Of a stretch of 64,000 nucleotides of DNA, positions 1-11,100 are shown piece by piece. The stretch's first letter is position 1. Each line of letters begins with the position of its first letter. The translations under genes were made by a program, and so were the position numbers. The stretch covers positions 1-64,000 of the forward strand of contig JAKLKB010000017.1 of assembly GCA_023150835.1 (NCBI GenBank). Reading direction: 5' to 3'. The notes under the pieces are model-generated. The model made no database searches and was not told where the DNA came from. It worked only from the letters and a program-made list of their open reading frames with translations. This DNA comes from Myxococcota bacterium. GTDB taxonomy: Bacteria; Myxococcota_C; UBA6777.

Positions 1-92
1 AAGGCTATACCCGATCCCATTCCGAACTCGGTCGTCAAGCTTTTCAGCGCCGATGATACTGCCTCCGGTGGGAAAGTAGGTCGTCGCCAGGA
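1..92 (+). rRNA. rrf: 5S rRNA (5' end cut by window edge)
   Basis: Contains the 5S motifs CCCGATCCCATTCCGAACTCGG, GCCGATGATACT and GGGAAAGTAGGTCGTCGCCAGG. Confidence 0.93.
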
Positions 93-101
93 TTCCTCTT
101 C

Positions 102-140
102 AGCCCGATAACAAATCACTTTGTTATCGGGCTTTTTTTT
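102..140 (+). terminator. Intrinsic terminator of the rRNA operon
   Basis: Perfect 14-bp stem AGCCCGATAACAAA/TTTGTTATCGGGCT with a 4-nt loop, followed by a T tract. Confidence 0.9.
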
Positions 141-229
141 ATTTCCGCGCTTGACTTCTTTTTCCTTTTTGCTGTATTGTGCCTTCGCTTTTTCTTCCCT
201 AAGAAACCCCCTGCCTTGGAAGGTTCGGT

Positions 230-622
230 ATGCAGCTATCGAATGCGATGCGTGCGGCGATGTTCTCAACCGTCCTGATGAACGCCGTCGGGTCTTACGC
301 TCTTTCTCCGATGGGAGCGTCTCTTCGTGATCTCGGTGGGCTTCCGAAAACAGAGCATCCTTTTTTCCTTGTGACGCTCTCGCTGTTTGTTTTGATTTTT
401 GGGGCGGCCTATTGTTGGGTGGGATGGAGTGGGCGGGTGGATCGCCAGTTTCTTTGTGTCGCGGCGGTCGGGAAACTTTGCTTTTTTGGCTCGATCACAT
501 TTTACGCTTTGTTGGGGCATTTACCGATCAAGGCGGTCCTCTCGGGGGGAGGCGATCTTTTTTTTGGAAGCCTCTTTTTGTTTTGGCTCTACCGCGATCA
601 CGCAGCCAAGGATATCTCTTAA
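230..622 (+). CDS. Hypothetical 4-TM membrane protein
   Basis: 130-aa ORF with about four hydrophobic segments; AAGG upstream of the ATG. Confidence 0.7.
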   Translation: MQLSNAMRAAMFSTVLMNAVGSYALSPMGASLRDLGGLPKTEHPFFLVTLSLFVLIFGAAYCWVGWSGRVDRQFLCVAAVGKLCFFGSITFYALLGHLPIKAVLSGGGDLFFGSLFLFWLYRDHAAKDIS

Positions 623-653
623 GCAAACAAAACATAGACGCTGAGGAAGAACG

Positions 654-1478
654 ATGAACGAACTAAAAACGCCTGAACCACCGCCACAAACATCGACCGA
701 CACCACAACTACCACGGCAATCTCCGCCATACAGGCCCCAACCCACGCAGAAACTGCCGCTGTTAGCCCGAGTGTTGTCGCCTCCGTTCCTGTGAGTGCG
801 ACCACTTCAGCATCAACGCTGGAGATGAACAAACGCATCAGCTATGTGCAGCAAACGCTCACGTACACGCAGCAATGGATTCTTTTGGCCGATACCAAGG
901 GTGGCTTGTTGTTAACGGTCAGTGGTGTGATCGTTGGTTTTATGATCGGGAAGTTTGGCGAGTTCTCAAAAGTCTGGTCAACCAGCAGCGTCTGGTATAT
1001 CGGGCTGTTGTTGTTGCTGTTCGCGGGATACGCTTATTGGCAGGTTCGCTCTTTTGTCTACACGATGTGGACCATCCTTCCCCGACCGATGGGCCTTGCA
1101 CGCGATTATCTCAACAAGACCCGCCATGTGTTCAATTACAGCTTGACGCTCAATTTCCCAAAGATCGAAGACACCGCACTTCTCAAGAACGAATACGCCG
1201 CCCTGACCGAGCAAGATCTTTTTGAAGAATACGTCACACAGCTTCATATCGATTCGATGGTGTGTTCCGAAAAATACAAATGCTTTATGGAAGGGTTTCA
1301 GTCGCTAAAGGTCGCCTTGATCTTCGGTGGATTGGCCTTTTTGGGAAGCATCCCTGCTATCCAACTCGCCGGAACCAAGACCGTCTACAAACAAGCTCTC
1401 AAACAAGAACACAAAGAGCGCGTCCTCAAACAGATCATCCCCTACAAACCCAAAGCAACAACCCAACCTAAACCATAG
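654..1478 (+). CDS. Pycsar effector-like (DUF5706) membrane protein with Thr/Ser-rich N-terminus
   Basis: QQWILLADTKGGLLL, then two TM helices, then TQLHIDSMVCSEKYKCF and a third TM helix. This matches the W-x3-AD-x-K ... Q-x7-K-Y pattern I recall for DUF5706/PycTM. GAGGA RBS. Confidence 0.65.
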   Translation: MNELKTPEPPPQTSTDTTTTTAISAIQAPTHAETAAVSPSVVASVPVSATTSASTLEMNKRISYVQQTLTYTQQWILLADTKGGLLLTVSGVIVGFMIGKFGEFSKVWSTSSVWYIGLLLLLFAGYAYWQVRSFVYTMWTILPRPMGLARDYLNKTRHVFNYSLTLNFPKIEDTALLKNEYAALTEQDLFEEYVTQLHIDSMVCSEKYKCFMEGFQSLKVALIFGGLAFLGSIPAIQLAGTKTVYKQALKQEHKERVLKQIIPYKPKATTQPKP

Positions 1479-2415
1479 GCATGATCGCACGCACACCAAG
1501 CTGTGGCGTGTTTTCGAGACCCCCAAAAGAAGCGTTATAACGCAAGCTGATCTCGGCATATTGTCCTTGGGGTTGCCGCAACAACGTTTCCACGTAGTCG
1601 GATGATGTGAAAAAGGTCGTGACAAGAGCAGGACAATCCGCCTGTGCCTCGATCGAATAGATCAACAATTGCACGTTCTCTGATGAAGTCACAGGGTACA
1701 CCAGATCCGTATAAATGCGGATCTGGCGGGGGCGAGAGCCACGCGGAGGAATGAACGAAAGAGCTTCTGTAATGCGCCATCTTTGAAGGGCCGCAAACGG
1801 GCAACGTGTCAGCGCAGGTGACAGGTGCTTGCGAAGCCGTCGAAGGATTCTTCGTTGGGCTGCTTGGGGAGAAAAGACGATAGAGCCTAGAAAATAGGTG
1901 AGATTGAGCAGCAAAGAACCCTCTTGTGGGAGCGGAGAAAACGTGTCGTCAGGCAAACCAAAACGCGCCCCCATCTCCTCGTGTAACCAACGATCGCGCT
2001 TGTAGCCAAAAGGCGTTTCAACCAAACTAAACAAATACCCATAAGTATGCAAAAGCCCCGCATGAAGGACTGTCCCACACATCTCTGTCCCTGCCATCCG
2101 ACCTATCGCATCCAAGATCGCAGGTTCGACGATCTGTTGCTTTGTATGCTCATCCCAATTCCGGCTTTTCCCCCACAATGCCAGCGGCGCAGGAAACTTT
2201 TTGAGCGCACAGAGATGTTCGCTCATCTGAGGAAAAGCACACTTCAAGATATCCAACCCATCTCCGCCTGTTTGCGCGATCTGACAAAGCTGGTGGGCCG
2301 TGTGGGATAGCTGTTGTTCCCATCGCTGCGGCGCTTCCGTGTCCCATGCTCCTTCCAATGCAAAGTGTTGAGCAGAGGTCTGTGCAGCTTCGGGAGAGTG
2401 GCTTGGGTGATTCAT
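1468..2415 (-). CDS. Hypothetical protein
   Basis: 315-aa ORF with a conserved-looking HAGLLHTYGYLFS..TPFGYKRDRW segment; GGAG RBS. Confidence 0.7.
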   Translation of the reverse strand: MNHPSHSPEAAQTSAQHFALEGAWDTEAPQRWEQQLSHTAHQLCQIAQTGGDGLDILKCAFPQMSEHLCALKKFPAPLALWGKSRNWDEHTKQQIVEPAILDAIGRMAGTEMCGTVLHAGLLHTYGYLFSLVETPFGYKRDRWLHEEMGARFGLPDDTFSPLPQEGSLLLNLTYFLGSIVFSPQAAQRRILRRLRKHLSPALTRCPFAALQRWRITEALSFIPPRGSRPRQIRIYTDLVYPVTSSENVQLLIYSIEAQADCPALVTTFFTSSDYVETLLRQPQGQYAEISLRYNASFGGLENTPQLGVRAIMPMV

Positions 2416-2468
2416 CGATATCTCCGATACGGCGGGTACAAGGGCAGAATAAAGTGAGTCGTTCTTAC

Positions 2469-3146
2469 CTAAGGGGAATCTCGCAAAGAAAGATCCATCA
2501 TGTAAGTATGTCCATTGCGGAGATAGCGAAGGTTGAGGTTGCGATATCGCTTGGCGGCGTGGAGATAGTGTTCACGTGCATGCCCCGGCGAATAGACGGG
2601 CTTTCCAGAAACTTCCAACAGGATATCCCCTTCGCGTAAGCCCAGATTGTGGAGAAAAGAGCCTTGATCGAGGTTTGTGACCTGCATCCCCGCCGGGCGG
2701 CCAAAACGCAGATTCGGCGCATAACGCGCACCGCTTTCCTCCAACGGACGCTCGGCCCATTCCTTGAGCGCGGAGCGTTGAAGTGCGCCCACGCGAAATG
2801 CCTCGCGGCTTGGCGGAGGCGGTATCTTCGGAACTTTTTGTTCTTGCATCCGCCGCAGCGCCTCTTCTTCGTGCTGGCGCATCTTGGCCTCCCACTCAAG
2901 GCTCTTTTGCCGAGAGGCCCCTCGATGCGGTGGTGGCTGCGGAAAAAGTTTGCTCAAATCGCGTGTTTCTTTGCGTGGTTCGGGAAACTGCGCAATACGA
3001 ACTTCTGGTGAAAGCGATACTTGCTGTTGGAGCTGCCCAAGCATCCGGCCAAACCACCAAGATACCGCGACGATCACCACCACCAAGACCAGCGGGACAG
3101 CCCACCAACCGATCGAACGAGATGTTGAAGGGATCTTTTGAGACAT
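2469..3146 (-). CDS. Membrane-anchored PDZ-domain protein (GspC-like C-terminus)
   Basis: N-terminal TM helix; PDZ signature GSFLHNLGLREGDILLEVSG...LRYLRNG. Confidence 0.75.
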   Translation of the reverse strand: MSQKIPSTSRSIGWWAVPLVLVVVIVAVSWWFGRMLGQLQQQVSLSPEVRIAQFPEPRKETRDLSKLFPQPPPHRGASRQKSLEWEAKMRQHEEEALRRMQEQKVPKIPPPPSREAFRVGALQRSALKEWAERPLEESGARYAPNLRFGRPAGMQVTNLDQGSFLHNLGLREGDILLEVSGKPVYSPGHAREHYLHAAKRYRNLNLRYLRNGHTYMMDLSLRDSP

Positions 3147-3195
3147 CCATCGGCTCCAAATATTTGTAAGATCTTAGGACTTGCGCGAGCGGTTT

Positions 3196-3326
3196 GTTTT
3201 TGTGGGGCTTCACCCCACACCCCACAAGGGACTGTCGCCCCTTGACCCCGTGTCGGCGAAGAGAGCATCGTTTTTCACACCAACGACTCTTTCGCTTGAA
3301 CGTCCGCGAACACGGGTTTTTTGTCA
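3196..3326 (+). repeat. Dispersed ~125-nt structured element, copy A
   Basis: Motif order TGGGG-N-CCCCA hairpin, AAGGG..CCCTTGACCCC, TTTTCA..CAAC, CGCTTGAA, GAACACGGG-T tract is shared with at least 7 other loci. Confidence 0.8.
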
Positions 3327-3588
3327 ATCGCGCCACTTCTTTCTGTAGACATCAAGGCATCGAAACGGTCGTACCGTCGTTCTCACACAAGAGTCTGGAC
3401 GAGCGAGGGGAATTTATCGTGTGCTGCGCAAGATGCAAGAGCAGATGGGATCGCGGACGGGTGGGCGAGGAAGTTATTTTATCGAGGACGGGTGGGCGAG
3501 GAAGTTATGAGAGGGCAACGCTGCTGTACATGGTAAAAATGCCGTAGATAGGGGATGATCGTGGCAAGATACGCGAGGGGAGGATATT

Positions 3589-3846
3589 GTGGTGTATGCG
3601 AAGTTGATCTTGCCGAAGACAAGGGGAGGTTGGTGGTGTATGCGAAGTTGATCTTGTCGAAGACAAGGGGAGGTTGGTGGTGTATGCGAAGTTGATCTTG
3701 CCGAAGACGAGGGGAGGTTGGTGATGTATGCGAAGTTGATCTTGCCGTAGATTAGGGGAGATTGGTGGTGTATGCGAAGTTGATCTTGCCGTAGATTAGG
3801 GGAGGTTGGTGGTGTATGCGAAGTTGATCTTGCCGTAGATTAAGGG
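3589..3846. repeat. Tandem repeat, 44 bp x ~6
   Basis: Unit GTGGTGTATGCGAAGTTGATCTTGCCGWAGAYWAGGGGAGGTTG with period 44; the last unit overlaps the stop codon of the CDS ending at 3840. Confidence 0.9.
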
Positions 3847-5249
3847 ATGGTCACAAGGCAGCGGGTGAGCGGGTTCACGATATCTTTTTGTACATAGAGA
3901 TAGTATTTTTTGCCCGATTCAAGGGGCTTTGGCTTTCCTTCGGCAGGGAAGCGTTGCGCGACTCCTTCGGGCACCACACCGTAGGTCACACTTCCCGATT
4001 CAAGGGGCTTTCCTTGCTTCCAATCGACATCAATGCGCCAAAGTGTTCCTTTCGGTGTATCGAGATTTGGCGGAACCCCGGGAGAAGATGCGGTGGCCTC
4101 CATCACATGGATATAACGCGCCGCACCGCCAATCCAATAAAGCTTTCCATCCGCAGCGATGCGTTGATCAGGCGTGCAGTCGGTCGGAACATAGAATCTT
4201 TGTGTATCTAACGGACCCGCGCCGTACTTTTCATCCTTGAAGTCTTCGCGTTTTTTTCCGCGATAAGCCAGTTCTGCTTCAAAAAAGCGACGCATCCGAG
4301 CATCATCTGTCGTTGGAAACGCCGTATGGTTGGTGTTTTCAGGAGTCGCCCGCGTGAAACCATTGTTCTTTTCCGCTGGAAATGCCCCAAATCCCACCGT
4401 GTCGATCCACCCCGCACCCATCGCCAAACCTCGCGGGCCAAAGCTATTGATCCAGTTCGGACCCGACTCAAGATACCAATTGGACGGACCTTGCGGGGCG
4501 TTGGTGGTATGACAACACACACACGCTGCGGCGCGGATCTGCGACTTGACCCATTCGTTTTCCTTGACATACGCGGGATCTTTGAGCCGCGCATCCTCGT
4601 CCTTGGCTGTGCTGTTTGGAGGAACCGGATAATACGGACGTTGCGTGCGTACCATATCACAGCTACCATAATCCTCGAATTTTCGGCCTTCTTCTGTTGC
4701 CCCTGAGATCGCAGACCATGTACAAACTTGACCGTTGGGGCCTTTGCCGGGCGGTTCTCCTGCCTTCGGTGCTTTGCAGACATACTCTGGTTGTTGGAAG
4801 ATCGGCAAGGTTCCTGTCGGCCCCGTCGTCTTTCCGCCACAGACGGACGTGGGAACGAAGCTTCCGCCTCCAAAAAATTCACATCCCCGTTGTACCGAGC
4901 CACAACGCGAGCCGTCTTTGCCGGGTAGCTCGACACGGGCGTATTTGTCTTTTTCTTTGTCCACGATAAAGATGCAGTCGCCATAACGCTCACTGTCCGC
5001 TATCCCGCACTTCTTGTCGATCACGATGGCGCTGTTGTTGTTCTTGCAGTCGTTCGTTGCCTCGGTCGAAGTCCACCCGCCAAGGTATTCTTTGCACTCT
5101 TGCATCCCGCTAAAGGCGTTCTTGTAGATGCAATGCCCCACCACCTTTTCTGGCAACGGTGGGATCGGAAAACCACCACCACAGCCATACGGCCACAACA
5201 ACAACCCCCCCAAACCGACCACCCACAACCGCATCCATCCTTTACGCAT
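3840..5249 (-). CDS. Cys-rich lipoprotein with a single CxxCH motif (paralog 2)
   Basis: Start re-set to MRKGWMRLW (GGAG RBS). Lipobox-like LWPYGC; AACVCCHTT; closely similar to 5493..6899. Confidence 0.8.
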   Translation of the reverse strand: MRKGWMRLWVVGLGGLLLWPYGCGGGFPIPPLPEKVVGHCIYKNAFSGMQECKEYLGGWTSTEATNDCKNNNSAIVIDKKCGIADSERYGDCIFIVDKEKDKYARVELPGKDGSRCGSVQRGCEFFGGGSFVPTSVCGGKTTGPTGTLPIFQQPEYVCKAPKAGEPPGKGPNGQVCTWSAISGATEEGRKFEDYGSCDMVRTQRPYYPVPPNSTAKDEDARLKDPAYVKENEWVKSQIRAAACVCCHTTNAPQGPSNWYLESGPNWINSFGPRGLAMGAGWIDTVGFGAFPAEKNNGFTRATPENTNHTAFPTTDDARMRRFFEAELAYRGKKREDFKDEKYGAGPLDTQRFYVPTDCTPDQRIAADGKLYWIGGAARYIHVMEATASSPGVPPNLDTPKGTLWRIDVDWKQGKPLESGSVTYGVVPEGVAQRFPAEGKPKPLESGKKYYLYVQKDIVNPLTRCLVTIP

Positions 5250-5492
5250 CGTCTTGCTCCTTGCTTCGCGCCTTCTGCTCTCCCCACGATCGAAGGGATG
5301 CAGCGTTTTTATACATTTCTGTATAAAAGAACTGGCCCTTCTGATGAAGCAGCTTTGTTTTGGTTTCTTTTTCAAGAAAATATTTTTATATTCTGATGTG
5401 TATAGAATTTGAGCGATGGACAGGGCGTGGATGAGGGGGCTTTGAACAGGCAGCGTATCTGTATAGGATTTGCGCGGCTGAGAGGGCGTATG

Positions 5493-6899
5493 TTAGGGGG
5501 CTTTGAGCAGGCAGCGTGTGAGGGGAAAGGCGATGTCTTTGAGGACGTAGAGATAGTACGTTTTGCCCGAAACAAGGGGTTCGGGCTTGCCTTCTTTGGG
5601 GAAGGTTTGCTTGAGTCCTTCGGGTAGAACGCCGTATTTGATGCTACCCGAAGCGAAGGGAGTCCCGCTTTTCCAGTCCACATCGACGCGCCAGAGGGTG
5701 CCTTTGGGGATGTCGAGGTTGGGAGGCACGCCGGGAGAAGAAGCATCGCCTGCAAGCACGTAAAGATAGCGGGCAGGGCCGCCGATCCATGTGATCGTAC
5801 CGTCCGAGGCAATGGCTTGTTCAGGCGTGCAGCTTGTGGGAACGTAGGTCAACTGGATATCAAGAGGGGTGTAGCCGTCTTTTTGGCTGGCGAAGTCTTC
5901 GCGTTTTTTGCCGCGATGAGCGAGTTCTGCTTCAAAAAAGCGGCGCATCCGAGCATCATCTGTGGTTGGAAAGGCCGAGTGTCCGACGTTATCAGGAGTT
6001 GCGCGAGTGAAGCCATTGTTTTGATCGGGTGGATAGGCTCCAAAGCTCACGGTGTTGATCCAGCCCGCCCCCATCGCCAAACCAAGAGGGCCAAAGCTGT
6101 TGACCCAGTTCGGTTTGGATTCAAGAAACCAATTGGCCGGACCTTTGGGGGCGTTGGTGGTATGACAACAGACGCACGCTGCGGCGCGAAGCTGAGATTT
6201 GACCCATTCGTTTTCCTTCGCATACGCAGGATCGTTGAGTCGAGCATCGGCATCACTCGCGGTGCTGTTGGGCGGAACAGCGCGATAAGGTCGCTGCGTT
6301 CGGACTTTGTCGCAGTTTCCGTAATCCTCGAAGTTTCGGCCCTCTTCGGTCGCTCCAGAGATCGTAGACCACGTGCAGACTTGACCATTGGGGCCTTTGC
6401 CGGGTGCTTCTCCGGCCTTGGGCGCTTTGCATGTGTAGTCTGGTTGTTGGAAAACAGGGAGCGTCTCGTTGTTGTTTTCGACTTTTCCACCACACAACGG
6501 AGTTGGAACAAAGCTTCCCCCTCCGAAAAACTGGCACCCGCGGATCATTGAGGCGCACTTGTTGGGATCTTTGCCCGGGATCTCGACGCGGGTGTATTTG
6601 TTTTTGCCTTTGTCTACGATGAAGATGCAGTCTCCGTAGCGTTCGGCTTCGGGGATGCCGCACTTTTTGTCAAGGACGATCTCGCTTCCGTTGCTTTTGC
6701 AGTCGTTGGTGACTTCTGAAACCGTCCAGTCACCGAGGTATTCTTTGCATTCTTGGAATCCCGCAAAGGCGTTTTTGTAGATGCAGTGGCCCAAAAGCTT
6801 TTCGGGTAGCGGTGGGATCGGAAAGCCGTTGCAGCTACAGCCATGCACCATGGGAAAAGATAGCAAAAACATGAAAAAAGCGATTCGTGTACGTTTCAT
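5493..6899 (-). CDS. Cys-rich lipoprotein with a single CxxCH motif (paralog 1)
   Basis: Signal peptide ending MVHGC; AACVCCHTT; GAGG RBS; colinear with the downstream paralog. Confidence 0.85.
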   Translation of the reverse strand: MKRTRIAFFMFLLSFPMVHGCSCNGFPIPPLPEKLLGHCIYKNAFAGFQECKEYLGDWTVSEVTNDCKSNGSEIVLDKKCGIPEAERYGDCIFIVDKGKNKYTRVEIPGKDPNKCASMIRGCQFFGGGSFVPTPLCGGKVENNNETLPVFQQPDYTCKAPKAGEAPGKGPNGQVCTWSTISGATEEGRNFEDYGNCDKVRTQRPYRAVPPNSTASDADARLNDPAYAKENEWVKSQLRAAACVCCHTTNAPKGPANWFLESKPNWVNSFGPLGLAMGAGWINTVSFGAYPPDQNNGFTRATPDNVGHSAFPTTDDARMRRFFEAELAHRGKKREDFASQKDGYTPLDIQLTYVPTSCTPEQAIASDGTITWIGGPARYLYVLAGDASSPGVPPNLDIPKGTLWRVDVDWKSGTPFASGSIKYGVLPEGLKQTFPKEGKPEPLVSGKTYYLYVLKDIAFPLTRCLLKAP

Positions 6900-7189
6900 C
6901 GAAGACCTCTCGGATTGGAGAATAGCAAAACAAGAACCCTAAGAGTGGTGATCCAAAAATGCCAATAGGAGACGTATTTTGAGCGTTTTTGAAAACACGA
7001 CGGAGCATTAGATGCGCAACAAAGTTTCCAGTTGCGTCAGGGATAAAAATCGTTCAAATGATGAAGAGTGAGCGTTGTGGGCGGCGTTGCCCAAAGGAGC
7101 GCAGCGAGTGCGGAAAGTCCCGTGTATCGGACTTTGTGAGGATGCCCCTTTTGCTCAAAGGAGCGCAGCGGGCGTAAAAAGTCCCGTGG

Positions 7190-7975
7190 TCAAGGGCAGG
7201 GGATGGGATCGCCGCGTTCGGCGATCTGAAAAAGCGTGTCTTTGTTGGTGTCTTTGAATTCGTAGACATCGGTACAGGCAAACCCCTTGCCTTTGAATTG
7301 CTCGTTGCCGCCGATGTGAACGAGCAAAAGGCTGTGATTGTTGCCTTCGAGGGTGACGTTGCCAAACACGACGACATCGGCAAGAACGCTGTTGTTGCCT
7401 TTGATCAACAAGTCGCCTTCGATCACCACGCGAACGATGCCGAAGTTGTTGCCTTCAAGGGTCAAGTTGCCTCGGATCGTCAGGCTGCGCGCTCGTCCGT
7501 TGTTTCCGTTGAATCGGACATCGCCGTCAAGGACGGTTTTTCCTGTGCCGTTTCCGTAGAGGACGTTGTTGTTGCCTTCGAGAGAGACGTTGCCTTCGAG
7601 AGGCTTTCCGTCTGTCGCGGGGCCAAAGGTCACAACGCGGTTGTTTCCGTTGACTTTGCCGAGGTTGGAACCGTCGGCTTGGAGGACGTCTTGTTCTTTG
7701 GTGGCGTCGGGATAACACAGGACAGCGACGACTTTGTCTTTGTTGCGCACGATATCGGTGGGTCCGCCGTTGGACCCATTGCAATAAGCATTGTTGGTGT
7801 TGCAATCAGGGTTGTTCGTACAGGCTTGTGTACCTGTGCCGATCACTTTTTCGCCATCTGTGCTGATCTCAACGACAGGATCGTTGAGATAGACGCCGGG
7901 GTTGTTGGGGACGCATCCTGCGAAGATCGCAAAGAGGCCGAGTGAGGAAATACCAAAAAAGAAACGCGCTTGCAT
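7190..7975 (-). CDS. Lipoprotein with Gly/Asn-rich beta-helix-like repeats
   Basis: Start re-set to MQARFFF (AAGGAG RBS). Lipobox IFAGC; repeated (V/L)-x-L-E-G-N-N units. Confidence 0.75.
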   Translation of the reverse strand: MQARFFFGISSLGLFAIFAGCVPNNPGVYLNDPVVEISTDGEKVIGTGTQACTNNPDCNTNNAYCNGSNGGPTDIVRNKDKVVAVLCYPDATKEQDVLQADGSNLGKVNGNNRVVTFGPATDGKPLEGNVSLEGNNNVLYGNGTGKTVLDGDVRFNGNNGRARSLTIRGNLTLEGNNFGIVRVVIEGDLLIKGNNSVLADVVVFGNVTLEGNNHSLLLVHIGGNEQFKGKGFACTDVYEFKDTNKDTLFQIAERGDPIPCP

Positions 7976-8128
7976 ACCATAAGCTCCTTTGCAAAAAGGG
8001 TGAGGCGAAAGAACCCCGACCGATTTGTCGAAGAGAGGGAGGGGCGGCTTCAAAAGAACTTGGAATCGTGTTCGGAGTGGCTTGTTGGGTGTGGGATGGT
8101 TCGTGTCTGTGATCACGGATGCTGCGAG

Positions 8129-11100
8129 TTAAGGTGTTGTTTGAAGAGGAAACTCGGCTTTGAAAGGGATGCCAGAAGGCGGATTTTTGGGATCAAAGCC
8201 AAGGACACCGCCGAGGGTTTCGAGCGCTCCTTTGCGATCAAAGCCCGCAAGTTGGATCAAGGCGTTGACAAGGTCATCGACGGACATTTTTCCTTGCATG
8301 GTGAGCTTGCCTTGAAGGTCGATGGATGCGGCATCTGCGCGCAAGACGACTTCGGAGAGTGTGATCGAGAGAGCGCGTTGTCCAGTCGCAGGATCGGGGA
8401 CGGGCATCGTGATCTGGGTGGGTTCGCTCTCAAAGCCTTGTGCATCGGCTTTGATGGGGATCGCGACGATATCGGAAAACAACGGTTGGCCGTCTTTGTT
8501 GAGATCAGGACCGAGCACGATCAACGGCTTTTCACCATCGATCTTTGCCCATTGCAAGATCGGAAGAAGGGTGCGGAGGGTGGTTTTGGCGAGTCCATTG
8601 TCGGGTTCGATCAAGTTGAGTTTGCCCGAAGGTGTCGTGGCGCGGCGCATCGAGCGAACGACGCCACCTTGGATCTCGATATCACGGCCATCGGCACGCA
8701 TCGTTCCGCTGATCGGCCAGTATCCGGGATCTTTGCCAAGTTCGATCCGAGTCATGCTTGGATCGATACGCTGCGTACCGATCTGTAGGGTTGTGGAAAG
8801 ACCCTGTACTTTGGGCCATGCGATCGAGACAGCTTCGTTTGGAGAAGCAAAGGTCGGCGTGATCTTGAGAGCATACGGATCGTCGCCTTTGCCCGAAAGA
8901 AGGGCCTCGACTTGATCGTGGCGATTGTTCCAATAGGTCATCAGTCGGGTTTTGGTATGCACTCGCCAAGGGTAGGTGGTGCCGTTTGGGACGGCTGTTT
9001 CGGGGGTAAGGCCGCCTCCGTGTACTTGGGCCGCAGGGTAGCGATAGCTTTTTTCGCGGCGTCGGATCACCATTTCTGCCGATTGAAGGGCTTGTTTGGC
9101 TTGATCAAATGTTGCCTTGGCTTCGGCTTGTGGATCTTTTTGCGGTGCGGTTGGGTCGATCTTTCGGGCGTTTTCGTTGGCGATCTGCGTTTCTCGCCAG
9201 ACGATCACGGCTTGGTACAACAAGCGGGCTTGGCGAGCGCGTAGCTGATTGATCTCGATGCCGTCGATCGTTTCATCAAGCCAAGGTCGCCCTGTATCGG
9301 GGACTTGCGCTTGGATGGTTTGGAGGCGTTTGAGAAAGCCTCCGTGCGCCTCTTCGATGGCTTGAAGAGCCGCGATATCGGTCTCTTTGAAGTGCTTGAT
9401 CTGTTTTTCGTTCCAACGCGAGACTTCACGGAAAGCCACACGCACAGGACGAAACACAAAGCCCGAAACAGCGGCGATCTCGTCTGCGGGATCTTCGCCC
9501 GCAAAGTACGCATACAATCCCCCTGCTGTTCCTTGCCAGTCTTTGCGAGCCAAGAAGGAGTCTTTTTGGTGCTCCATCAGCTTGAGCATCACGTCGATGC
9601 CTTCGGTGCGTGCGACACATCCGCTTTTCCACTCGCTCGGTTTGCACAACGGATCCATCAACTCACCCACCGCTTCTTTGAGCGTGGTATCGGCCTTCCA
9701 ATGCCAAAGGCCCACCGCATAGTCTTGTTGCCAATACCCCCATTCATGGCCCGAATTAAACATCCGATGTGCATCGAGTGTCCCACCGCCACGCGTTTTG
9801 AGCAGCGGGCGGATCAGCTCGATATCGCGCCCTCGTCCCCACAGATACAGCGGCAAGTACACAGGGATCGGATTGTCGAAACTCAACCACCACGAGCCTT
9901 CGGGAAAGTATTCAAGGATACGCCCTTGCGATGAGGCTTTTTGCATCAGGCAAAGTTTGTGTGAAAAAGTCTTTTGATTGTACACCATGGCCGGTCCTTC
10001 GAGCGGATAGAACATCACCGTATGGACTTTGACGCCAAAGCGCTTGTCTGTGTGAAAGGCCAGATCGTAATAATCGACGCGCCCGTTGCTGTTGGTTCCT
10101 GAAGGACAACCGAGGTCGTCAAAGTTGGGCATCGCCTGTCCTCCTGTGGTGTGGTCGTTGATCATCACGCGGATGTCAGGGCGGATCGAGAGGGCTTTTT
10201 GGCCTGCCCAGTTGATCCAGTCGATGGTTTCTTTGTCAGGAGTTGTGGTGAACTCTGTCGGACCAAAGTGGATGCCAAATTCGTCGGCGTCAGGGACTTC
10301 TTGGAGGCGTTTGGCGACGTAGGTTTCGATCTGTTCTTTGACAGGCACCGCGCTTTTGCGATCCACGACGCCTGTGGAGCCTTGTTGTTCGTTGTGCAAC
10401 GTGATCCCTGCACCGCGTGGAAAACCAAGCGATATCCGCAGTTCTTCTAACTCTTTGACGCGCTTTTCTCGGGCCTCCGCAGGAGCCACACCACGCCCTG
10501 CACCGCGAAACTTGTTGCCCCGATTTTTGATGATCCAGTCGTTGACTCGGGCGGCTTCGTCGATGGGGTGGCGTCCATCAGAAAAGGCTTCTTGGTGTTC
10601 GAGCGGGTGTGATCCGTGAAAAGTGTAAGAGCGAAACAGAAAGTCACCTTTGTAGAGATCGGAGGGCTTACCGTCTTTGTCGGTGTGTGCGATGGCTGTA
10701 GGTGTTTTGGCGCGCTCGCGTAGCTGCCCAAGATCGTTGCGCGGAAGGAACTCTTGTTCGGGGTGGTAGAATCGCGCTCCCATGCGTCGAAGAAACTCAT
10801 AAACCGCGTATTGTCGGCCCAGTTTGGAGGGAGAGGCGGTATACACGACGGTGGCTCCTTCGCTGCCGAGGCGATTTCCCCAGTCTCCGTGATCTTTGTG
10901 CGTCAACCAAAAGCCGTCTGCACCCGCCTCTTTGAGCTTCTCTTCCTGAATGATATCGGAGGCCAGCTTGTGCGCATCCAATACTAGCACCAATCCTGCG
11001 CGTTGTTTGGCCGCTGCGTCGAGGATGGCTGGATGTTGGGTGCTTTCGAGCCGGACAACGTGCGGTTTGGAGCCCGCAAGGGCGAGGATGTATGCGTCCA

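Noticed and set aside
3589-3846. 44-bp and 42-bp arrays as possible CRISPR arrays
   Set aside because: They have no unique spacers; the units are contiguous tandem copies.
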